64,000 nt of DNA from NCBI GenBank assembly GCA_043228905.1, contig JBHGNT010000006.1, positions 16,616,001-16,680,000 on the forward strand, read 5' to 3'. Below, piece after piece: positions 1 through 9,560 of the stretch. Position numbers and translations under genes: made by a program. The notes under the pieces were generated by a model, which saw only the letters and a list, made by a program, of their open reading frames with translations, made no database searches and had not been told where the DNA came from. The stretch is from Azolla caroliniana (lineage: Eukaryota > Plantae > Polypodiophyta). How positions within the stretch are numbered: position 1 is the first letter of the stretch; the number at the start of each line of letters is the position of its first letter.

Positions 1-893
1 CGGATCGTGACCTTGTTCACCGGTTGCAAGTCTTGGATGAATCGGAGTGACCCATTCTTCTTCGGAACCGTAAACCATCGATTTGAGTACGGAGCACTTG
101 ATGGCTCTAGAATCCCCATCGCCACCTTCTCCTTGAGCAAGTCGATGACTTTCGGAATATGCGCCCGTGGCACCGGAATCGGCTTCAGGTTCCACGGTAC
201 ATGATCAATCGTGAAAATCACCATCGGCTCCACTATCTTTGGATCAATGCATCCGATCTCCCTCGATGTGAACGCGAATGCTTTGCCATGTTGCTCCAAC
301 ATCTCTCGAAACCGTTTTTCTTCTTCTTGTAAGAGGAACCCACCTCCACCGATCCGAAGTTTCTTCCGGGTCTCATCTGTGAAGGCATGTCCGATATCCA
401 CGGACTTCCGAAGTGTCGGATCTCCCGAGACTTCTTTTTTCTTTTGTTCGCTATCGGCGGGTAGTGGTCCCGCGGCCGGTTTCACCTTCTTCTCCACGGT
501 CTTGTATTTCGTACTTACCATTGCTTCTTCTTTGCGGAGCGCATCCGGCCCCATTTTCGCAACGATCTCGTACATCTCGACCGATTCCACCGGGACTACC
601 CGGTTCCCTTGGCTTTTATCTTCCGCAAGCTCTTCAAGCCGTTGTAGTGTATTCCCATAGAACACTTCCTCGATCACTCCCACGATTTCTTCGTCTTCTT
701 TTATTATTGATGCCGACCGTAACTTATCCTCCACTTGTCGGTATTGTTTCTTCATTCCTCCGGTTACGGCCGTGTACGTAGATGCCCCATCCGGGCCGAT
801 TCGTACTTGTTTTGCTCCGAGAGTTTTCTTCCTGTGTGGGGTATCAGGGCTTCTCGGACTATCACTTCCCCACTCCGCAACAGTCCGCTTTAA
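1..893 (-). CDS. pol: Pol (linker + RT N-terminus), partial, -1 frame relative to gag-PR
   Basis: Hand translation is open from the slippery site to the window edge: LKRTVAEWGSDSP...KYKTVEKKVKPAAGPLP...VPWNLKPIPVPRAHIPK...RWFTVPKKNG; homologous to the Pol at 45427-48912. Confidence 0.85.
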
Positions 894-2929
894 AAATCCA
901 TTCTCACTTGGGACAAGAGTTCCCTCTTGTTCCTTTCGTGATTTGCCGGCACCGTTAGGAATTGGACGGATTTCCCTCCGTTTTGGCTCCGAATTCGCGC
1001 AAAAGCCGCACCACTATCGAGCACCTTCGTCTCCATCCGTGAAGCCGTGATAAAGGGTTGGCCGAGGATGACAGAATGTGAAACCTCATCCTGCACAAAG
1101 AAATTTTGGTCAATTTCGACATCCCCGATCTTTACCGTCACATCCGGACAAGCCGCAAACAGGTCTTCTGTCGTTTTCGTGGCTGCCCGAATCTTCCATC
1201 CATGGTTGGTGTTTATAGGCCACTTCCCCTTTCGGTAGAACTCCTTGGACATCAAGTTGATCTCCTATCCGTGATCAATCAATGCTAGCACGGGTTCTTT
1301 GATGTTGCCGATTCGGACCGGAGTCTCCGTAGTCGCACGTGCCCAGTGTGGCCTTGTATAGTGGGAGTTCGGAATTTCGCCTTCCACTTCGGTGTCGTTC
1401 ATTGAAACGGTATTTGCATTCACCCTTGGAGCATTTTCCTCCGTACTTTGTCTCTTCCTTTTCACGAGATCCACGAGAAGATCGTGAAACTCCTTCTTCG
1501 CTATTCCGAGTAGTTCCCGCAGCGAAAAATCTACCCGGCTATCCAAGATTCTTTCCTCGAACACTCTTTTCAAGTCGGTTTGTTGTTCTATGTCCGAGGC
1601 GAGCTTGAATGCCGGAGTCGCCTTTTCTTTTCCCTTACCTCCGGAGTTCCAGCTTTCCGGTATCTTCGATGGTCCGGCCGCATCCTCCGTGCGCCGTCGT
1701 TTCTCGTCCACATACACCTCATGTAATTGACACAGGGCGTATATGCTATTCTTGTCGACAGGGCACTCCCATCCCGTAGCTTCCCGGACGCCTTCCGCGG
1801 TGTTTCGGATATCGTTGGAGTCGGTTTTCTCGGTGTTTCCTAGCACCTCCGGCCAGAAAGACGCCTTCGCTCCCGATGACTCCCCGACACATATTCCCGC
1901 GGTTGTCGCATAGTTGCTTCTTGCCGCTAACTCCTCCTCGAGCACCTTCTTCATGCCGCCTTTCCGGAAGTTCGGTCGGAGTGGCTTCCGAGAGTCCATC
2001 GAATGAATCCGGTTTCCCTCGTAGTAGATGAGATCCCGTCGTAGCGCCTCCTTATGGTCGTCGCAATCCCTCCGATCGTGTTCGGCGCTATCGCACCATA
2101 TGCACCGTCGATCCGTATATTTGGAGCTTGTGGGGCGGTCATCCGACTTCTTCACCATCGCGATCTTTAGATTCTCCATCTCCTTCAGCAACTGCTCCAC
2201 CGTAGACGCGTCGACTCCCTTCTCGGCCGTAATCTCCCGAGCCCTCGGTTGATGGTCTTCCAGTCCCGTTCTCGGTTTCGGAATCGGTTCCGAAACCCTC
2301 TTTTCTTCGTTGGCAAGCCATTGCCCCCTCTTCGTGTACCGCGCGACGATATCCCGCACGCTTTCCCATGTTTCGGTGAGGCCGCTTTCGGTGGTCGTGT
2401 CCTCAAGAAGCACTCCGAGATCTTTCCGGTCCCGGACGTCCACAGCTCGCAAAAACATGATGACTTTGTCCGGTGCAAGAATAGTTTGATCTCTCGCGGA
2501 CAACCTCCCGAACCGACTTTCGAATGTCGAAAACACTTCGAGGACCTTCAGCCCCTTACCTGACGTTTCCACCCAATCCTCGAATCCCCTCCGCGTTGCC
2601 TTGGAGGAGTCCTCGATGGCAAACGTGGTCTTTAACGCCTCTTCGAATGCTTCCCACGTCGGATTTTGTTGTTGCAACCCGTGGATACTCCCTTGAAGCC
2701 CGTCGGTCGCCACCCGGTTAAAGGATGTCACTCGCAGTCCTTCCGAAGCCCGGCACCGGAGCATCTCCGCCTTGTAGTCCTGCAAATATCGCGACACATC
2801 CTTACCATTAAATTGCCCGTTGCGTTGCACGAGCCGCTCTACTGATGCCGAAATCTCCGACATCGTGCGTTGTTCTTGAAGCATCCGTTCGAACATCGCC
2901 ATCATATTGTTAGCTTGTTGAGCCTCCAT
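890..2929 (-). pseudogene. gag: Gag-protease ORF1 with one internal stop (1265-1267)
   Basis: ORFs 1265..3016 and 890..1255 are in the same frame; TAG replaces S in DHG(S)EINLM; likely ATG at 2929 (MEAQQ), downstream of the PBS. Confidence 0.85.
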
Positions 2930-2945
2930 CTCCTTGCCACCCGTC

Positions 2946-2963
2946 TTCACGTCGGGTTCACCA
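2946..2963 (-). promoter_or_regulatory. Primer-binding site complementary to the tRNA-Trp 3' end
   Basis: Sense TGGTGAACCCGACGTGAA is the reverse complement of ...TTCACGTCGGGTTCACCA (plant tRNA-Trp, recalled). Same PBS at 4907-4924 and 43265-43282, and partial at 50086-50100. Confidence 0.88.
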
Positions 2964-2967
2964 ACTG

Positions 2968-3763
2968 TGTCGTGCCTTTCGGCTCCGGATCGTTGCGTGA
3001 GTCGGGTGGGAACCACAGAGGTCTTGGACTAGGAGAAAGAAGTTCGTGAGATAGAGATTAATTATGAGTAAATAGCAAAGAGAAAGATAAGAAACTCGTG
3101 AATCACACGAGTATACTATATTAATTGGTACTTAGGGTGTTAAGAGAGAAGTAGATGTATAAATCGTGAATCCCACGAATAATTTTTGTATTCATTAATA
3201 CTTAATCCAAATAATCAACAACCCTTTTACATATTTCTCTCCTCCTTATATAAGGAAGGAAGAGCTAAGCATGGCTTCATGCTTTTTTTTTTATTACAAA
3301 AGTGTTCATGTCCACTAAATGTGCATGTGATGCTTTTTTATTTCCCAAGTATAGGGCTCATGCACGCTAGATGTGCATGAGTTATTTTTAGTGTCTCGTG
3401 TTTTTCATATATTAAAAAAAATACACGATTTACCTTTTAATAAAGGTATGCATAAATAAAGGTCTATATTTAAAACACTTAAGAAAAGTTAATGTAATGG
3501 TAAGGTTGGGGTTTGTCAACGTGGAGGTGCAGAGTTCGAATCACGCCCTGCGCAGTAGTGAGTATTTCCTTTCTTTTTACATTTATGTCTCTTTATCCGT
3601 TTTCCTCCTTGCCGGTATGCCGTTTTCTTCTTCTTCCTTGCCGGTATGCCGTTTTCTTCCTTGCCGGTATGCCGTTTTCTTCCGGTTCTTACCGAGCACT
3701 CCATTCTCTATCCGGAGAGACAAAAATATAATTTCCACATAGTGTGCAACCTACACTACGACA
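2968..3763 (-). repeat. 5' LTR of copy 1, with a 23-bp tandem repeat (3597-3690) and a tRNA-like segment
   Basis: TG..CA ends; 4 nt from the PBS; TATA near 3250; repeat unit CCGTTTTCTTCCTTGCCGGTATG. Confidence 0.8.
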
Positions 3764-5448
3764 ACGCTTGCCACCGTCTCTTCCATGCCGTTGTCTCGAT
3801 TGCCCGCCTTGCTGCCGCCACCGTCCGTCACTCTAGGTCTCACACCGGCACTCGGGCCGACCGCCGGAGCCTCTAGGGCCGGTTTGCGTAAGGCCGCGGC
3901 ACCGCCGCTCGTTGTCTCCGTAGCCGCCTCCATCCAAACTTCGTTATCCGCGGCTACCCCACCTCCAATCGCGCAAGCCTCAATTACGCTTGCCACCGTC
4001 TCTTCCATGCCGTCGTCTTGGTTGCCCACCTTGCCGCCGCCACCGTCCGTCACTCTAGGTCTCACACCGGCTCTCGGGCCGGATGCCGGAGTCTCTAGGA
4101 CCGGTGTGTGTAAGGTCGCGGCACCGCCGCTTGTCTCCTTCCCACTCGATGTTTCGGGCCGCCATGTCCCGAATCCGTAGTTACCGGCCTCCATGGTCGT
4201 CCCTTCACCGCAAGGCAAGAGGGTCGCTTGCTCCGCACCCTCTCCCATGTTGCCGTCATACGTCTACGTCTAGGGAGGCTTCTTCGTCCGCATCCTCCGA
4301 TCGCCTCTTGCCCGACTCCATAACAAGCCCTTCTTCGGCTCCGATTTTCGCCTTCACAAGCTCGCATGTCTCTCGTATTAGCACCTCTAGGTCGAGCTCC
4401 TCCGAACCGTTTTGCGTTGAGCTCTCTTCCGGCGGTAGTGCATACTCACTCGCCGTTCTCTCTTCTCCGCTGCTCGAGGGCCGTGTTGTGACCGACCGCC
4501 TCGCATCATGTTGCCGGCACACCCACCGATCGAACTCATGTCGACCTCTTCCTTCCGGTTCCGTGTACCCTTACGCCTCCAATAGGGCTCCCTCAAAGGA
4601 CACCCACGACTCATGAGCTTCTCGTAGCTCCTTCACCTCCTTGTGCACCGATACGGCCGCCACTCGAGGAAAATACTCTAGCCGCATCGCCTCGTCTACG
4701 CCCCCTTTTGCCATCTCGGCCTTGTAGGCTCCCAAAATTTTTAGGACCTCATTCCCATTGAACCAGCCGACTCGATCGACCACCCTTTCGACGGCTTGTT
4801 GAGCCGCATCTCGCTTCGCCATCTTCCGTCCGGCTTCCATCGCGATCTTTTCCATCATCTCCTCGAAGTCGAAGTCTTCTTCCATCTCCATGCTCCCTTG
4901 CCGCCCTTCACGTCGGGTTCACCAAAGATGTCGCGTTGTTACGCACATGCGTGTAGAATGGGCGGGACCACGGGGTCTTGGACTAGGGAGTGGAGGAGAA
5001 AGAATAAGACACAAAATGGAAGCTTAGCTCAAGAGGAGGTGAGAAAGAATAAGACAATAACGTAGAATAGACGGGCAAGATGCTCAACAAGTTAGCTTAA
5101 GGGAAAACAAACACTTTACAATGGTGGCCGCCATGGCCGCACCAAACGACTATATAAAAAGAAACCCTAAAGGAAAACCCAAGAAGAAAACCCCAATCAA
5201 AACCCTAAAACCGAATAGGAAACCCTCGACCTAAGTGGTATGCCTCTCTCCCTCAAAATAGGCAACCCCTCATAAGTGACCCCTCCCTTCCTTTTATAGC
5301 CCAAGGAGGGAGGGACCTTACAATGTGGGATAGAATTTCCCCTCTTATTTCTATGCACCATTTCCTAGTATACATGTGCACATGGTGCACACCACCGATT
5401 TGCCTATTCCACCCCGGTTTCCGCCTATGTACGAAAATCTTCACGACA
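3764..5448 (-). mobile_element. Probably non-autonomous (gag-only) member of the Trp-primed Ty3 lineage, interrupted at 3764 by copy 1
   Basis: LTR 4929-5448; Trp PBS 4907-4924; gag N-terminus 4571..4891 (VDRVGWFNGNEV...YKAEM); then a ~220-bp tandem duplication (3764-4140); no pol visible. Confidence 0.78.
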
Positions 5449-6341
5449 ACGGTTGAAGAAGTCGAAGGCTGAAACAAGGGCAACAACCAAAGGGAAGAGC
5501 CGAAAGCTCCCAACCAAGGGGGAGATGAATGCAAGAAGGGCAAGAAGGGCAAGAACAAGACATGGTCTGATGTGGTTAAGGGCCTGATGACAAAAGACGA
5601 ATTGGAGACCCCCAAGTCGGGCAAGAGTGGAAACGAATCGGAGACAACTGATTCAGTTCGAAAGTTTGATTCAGAGACGCCGAATCAACTGAATGCCAAG
5701 TGGAAGAGGCACCAACACCACGACAACAAGGGAGCTAAGAAAGGCCGCACGAGTAGACAAGCCAATCAGGCACGAGCAGACCGAAAGGGTCGAGGAGGTG
5801 TGAAGCCAGGAGAAGCCAGAACAAAGATTCGAAAGAGTAGGTGGAACCTCAAGTTGAGCTTGAGGGGGAGTGTTGACATACAAGCTCAACAGTGGGTGCG
5901 TAAACCGGTGTGTAAACCAGTGCATAGATTGGGTGCGCAACGAGAGGTCGTAGCAGTGCGTAAACCGGTGTGTAAACCAGTGCGTAGATTGGGTGCGCAA
6001 TGAGAGGTCGTAGCAGTGCGTAAACCGGGAGGCCGTTGGATAAATATTCCACGTGGGAATATATTTTGGGAGTTAGTGTTGGGGCTCATTGATGAGAATT
6101 GAAGTACGAGTCAATACTTTTGTCAGTCCGTATGGACTTGTATAAAAGTGCTCTCTGAGCACATCCTATGGACAGAGTTTTAGAGTATTATTGTGGAATA
6201 GAGTTTTATGTGTTCTGCTCTCTCTGTCTCTCCTGTGTACGTTGTGTTGATTAAGCTTTCCATTAAACCTTCTTTGTCTCTTGTCTTTTGTTTGTTGTTA
6301 TCCAGTTGTGTCTATTAAGCTTCCGCATGTATTCTTTTACA
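5449..6341 (+). mobile_element. Ty1/copia 3' end: Pol C-terminal extension, PPT and 3' LTR (5871-6341)
   Basis: PPT GAGGGGGAG then TGTTG at 5871; LTR end GCTTCCGCATGT...TTACA resembles that of the 36904 element; 60-bp tandem repeat 5895-6028; extension homologous to 37346-38070. Confidence 0.75.
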
Positions 6342-6362
6342 ATTATTATATTTAACATGCAC

Positions 6363-7389
6363 TGATGATAGACTATTCATTGTAATATAATGGAGCAACA
6401 GAGATTGTAGTTGAATGTTCGACATAGAAACGATTAGAAGATATGAAGAAGAGTAGTGGACACATAAGATACACTAACTACTAAACTTATATTACTCCAA
6501 AATAGAACAATAGCATTACAATGCTGTCAGCCCTTTTTTATAGGTGATCTGAGAGTCTCTCTTCCAAGATTACACTTGCCTTATTTGGCAAGAACTACCA
6601 CAAAACTGCTCTAACTTACTATATATTTTTTACTTGATGAAACTATATTAATTCTATTTAATTTTGTCATTGCTCTTCCGACTCCTGTTCACATTGTCTA
6701 CTCCGACTCCGACCTTTCGAAACTGGGTAGCCGACCGGCTAACACGTTTATTCTTGGTGTCACGTTGTTGCTTGATTCATTGTAGTTCTCTTTCGTCTTC
6801 TAGTTCGAGGTCTCTGAGCATGGCCTTCTGGATCATTTCCCGATCCTTATGTTCTTGTGCTAATAAGTCAGAGGTGAATTGTAATCTCTTGGCTAACCAA
6901 TCCACCAATTTGTAAGATGTGTCGAATTGGAGTAGCGCCGCAAACTGGTGGAATATCTGGTAATCTAACGACTTCGTTCGGGGAGATTGTCGACGCCTTC
7001 CCCTTCTCCATTGTTCCTCTTGGGCAAGTTCGAAAACTGGTGGAATATCTGGTAATCTAAGGACTTCGTTCGGGGAGATTGTCGACGCCTTCCCCTTCTC
7101 CATTGTTCCTCTTGGGCAAGTTCGACTGGTTCCAGAGTCGGTTGTTGTTCTGTTGATTGTTGTTGTTGTTCAGCCGACGACTGCTATTCGGCTCTATTTC
7201 TTTTCTTCGGTCATCATTCTTCTTGATTCAGTTGGTCATTGGAAACTCGTTGTGACGCCAACACCTGACTCCTCTATTTCATACGTTGTGATGGCCATGA
7301 TTCTGCTTGTGGCCTACTGGCTTCTAGTACTTGAGTCGAGTGTCGAGTGTCGGGTTGAATAGCTTCTATGGTTGGTTGTGTCATGAACA
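6363..7389 (-). repeat. Probable ~1-kb LTR-like repeat with an internal ~92-bp tandem duplication (6942-7124)
   Basis: Sense TGTTCA...CATCA ends and a TATAAAAAAGGG box near 6535; no matching TSD found. Confidence 0.4.
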
Positions 7390-7401
7390 CATGACCATTA
7401 T

Positions 7402-7470
7402 GGCGTCACCCAGACTTGAACCTCGAACCTTGTCATCCAAAATTGAAAATCTCAACCATTAAGATAGCTT
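7402..7470 (-). other. Degenerate tRNA-derived (SINE-head-like) remnant
   Basis: Sense TTAATGGTTGAG (A-box-like) and GGTTCAAGTC (B-box-like) at roughly tRNA spacing; abuts the LTR at 7473. Confidence 0.3.
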
Positions 7471-7472
7471 AT

Positions 7473-9560
7473 TGTCATATGAGAGGATAAAATCTACTTT
7501 TTGAGTTAGATTGATTATTGTAAAAACTCTAGATCATTCTAGAATGTTCTAGAATGTCCTAGAACATTCTAGAACATTATAGAAATCTCTAAGCTATTCT
7601 AGAGGAACCTATAAATAAGGGCATACATGTATTCTCAAATCAATTCGAATCAACACCAGTCTTTAGCTCTCATTGCATATTTTGTATCCATTCTCTTTCT
7701 TTCTCTATCTTAATACACCCATTCTTCTCGTGTTTCCTTATATCCTTCTTCCATCATTCTATCTTTTATTCTTGGTTTTGACAATTTGATTCGAATCCCC
7801 CCCCCCCCCCCCTCTCTCTCTCCCTCATCCTCCTCTGTAACCATCACGAAACCATGGCCGCCATTAACTCAGAAGAGTATCTCACCCTGGTTGCAAAAAT
7901 GGAGAATCTTAATTCCAAGTTCGCATCTCTTGAAGTAGAGAATCAACGTCTATTTGGGGATCTACAAAAGTTACTATACACAAGCAACAACAACAAGAGG
8001 AGTTCACGCGGCGAGTTCAACAGTTAGAGTCGATAATCGTTGTGTTACAACAACAAAGGGTCGAAGGTCAAGGACTTATCAAGGAGCCCAAAATCAGCCT
8101 CCCAGCTAAATTTGATGGTTCGAGGGCGCATTTCCGAGGTTTCTTGAATCAAGTACGGTTGGTGATTCAAATGCATCCCACACGTTATCCAACTGATGCA
8201 TCACGATTCAGGTTAGTGGGCACCTTATTGACTAGCATAACGTTGTCATGGTTTGCTCCATTGCTAGAGACAAATTCTCCTCTATTGAATAATTTGGAGG
8301 AGTTTATTAAAGAATTTAAGGCTTGTTTCAGAGATACTGATGAGGCGAGAACAACTATCAACAAGATCTGCACACTACGTCAAGGTGATTAGCCAGCTTC
8401 GACATATGTAGCCAATTTTCATCTCATCGCAAGCGATATTCCTTGGGATGAACAAGCCCTAATGGAGCAATTCCGTTCAGGCCTTCGTAGTGATGTCAAA
8501 GACTTACTTCTTACCTTCCCCGAGGATCCAAGGTCACTTACAGATGATATTAGTCGAGCAAAACGGTGTGATAATCACCTTTTTGAGCATCGATGTGAGC
8601 GACAATAACAAATAACAATATCAAGATTCACACCAACTTATGCATCAGTAACGGCCCAATCATCCCCAAGGCAAACATATAGCCCTGCTCCAACTCCAAG
8701 GCAAACACGTAGTCCAGTCCCAATGGAGATCGATAGTCCTACACCCATGGAGATCGATATCACCCAACGACGAGGACTGTTGTCGGACGAAGAGAAGCAA
8801 AGATGCCAAGCAAACCATCGGTGCTTATACTGCGGAGGTCCAGGACATATAGTCATTCATTGCTCCTATAGGCCGAGACGTCAGGTAAATCAAATTCACT
8901 ATGACAATAAAAATGAGTCCAACATATTATAAGCAGTTAGTGAATTTAATATTATGAATAATCCACCCTTGTCCAATAAGTTTGAAGTCCTAAGCCAATT
9001 AGAAAAGGAGTCAAACGAATAAGTTCGGCCAAAATAGGAGCCATTTGGTTGGACAACCTTAGATATGTACAACCTAGTGTGTGGTTCCATTTCTTCCAAG
9101 CATGTTAGTAGAGTCTTCTCAGCCCAAGTACAAGTTAGGACACCGAGTTGTCAACTTCAAGTCCACGCCCTCTTAGATACTTCAGCCAAATCTTGTTTCA
9201 TGGATAGAGATTTTGCCCAAAAACACCAAATATCCTTGCATACACTTCCTTGTCCAGTTTCCGTAATAGTGATTGATGGACGTCCCATAGCTTCTAGAAA
9301 GATATTCGAAGCGTCTGAGCCAATACACATACTCTTAAGTGATTGAGGATGTGTAGTTTCCTTTAAAACATAATCCGTAGTCCTGAGCATCCAATCGTCC
9401 TCGGTTTGCCATGGTTCGAGTGACATAACCCTATAATTGATTGGAGGAAGCGAGAAATTTGGTGCCCTTCAGCAAAAAAATATCATTGCCAAGGATCAAA
9501 CTCGGGATTATTCTCTTGAAGAATATAGTTCTACAAAGGACCTACCCACGAGTTAGTAAA
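7473..9560 (+). mobile_element. Decayed Ty3/gypsy of Tf1/sushi/Tcn1 type (5' LTR, gag, protease)
   Basis: LTR 7473-7783 TGTCA...TGACA; PEG10/RTL1-like gag (KEPKISLPAKFDGSR...FRGFLNQ, PMEID, CLYCGGPGHIVIHC); protease ALLDTSA; many stops. Confidence 0.85.
7537..7584 (+). promoter_or_regulatory. Heat-shock element array in LTR U3
   Basis: Ten alternating nTTCn/nGAAn pentamers (8 perfect), ending ~25 bp upstream of TATAAATA at 7610. Confidence 0.75.

Larger units (their letters stand above)
1..3763 (-). mobile_element. Ty3/gypsy LTR retrotransposon, tRNA-Trp-primed lineage (copy 1; 5' LTR, gag-PR and start of RT, running off the window edge)
   Basis: 5' LTR 2968-3763 (plus strand TGTCG...CGACA); PBS 2946-2963; gag with CX2CX4HX4C knuckle (CIWCDSAEHDRRDC); protease LIDHG; RT start (PYSNRWFTVPKKNGSLRFIQDLQPVN) in the -1 frame. 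Confidence 0.92.

Noticed and set aside
1265-1267. TAG between gag and the rest of PR as programmed readthrough
   Set aside because: It replaces Ser of DHGS, which is intact in the other two copies; a point mutation.
2946-2963. tRNA-Trp gene
   Set aside because: Only the 3' 18 nt including CCA, next to an LTR; it is a PBS.
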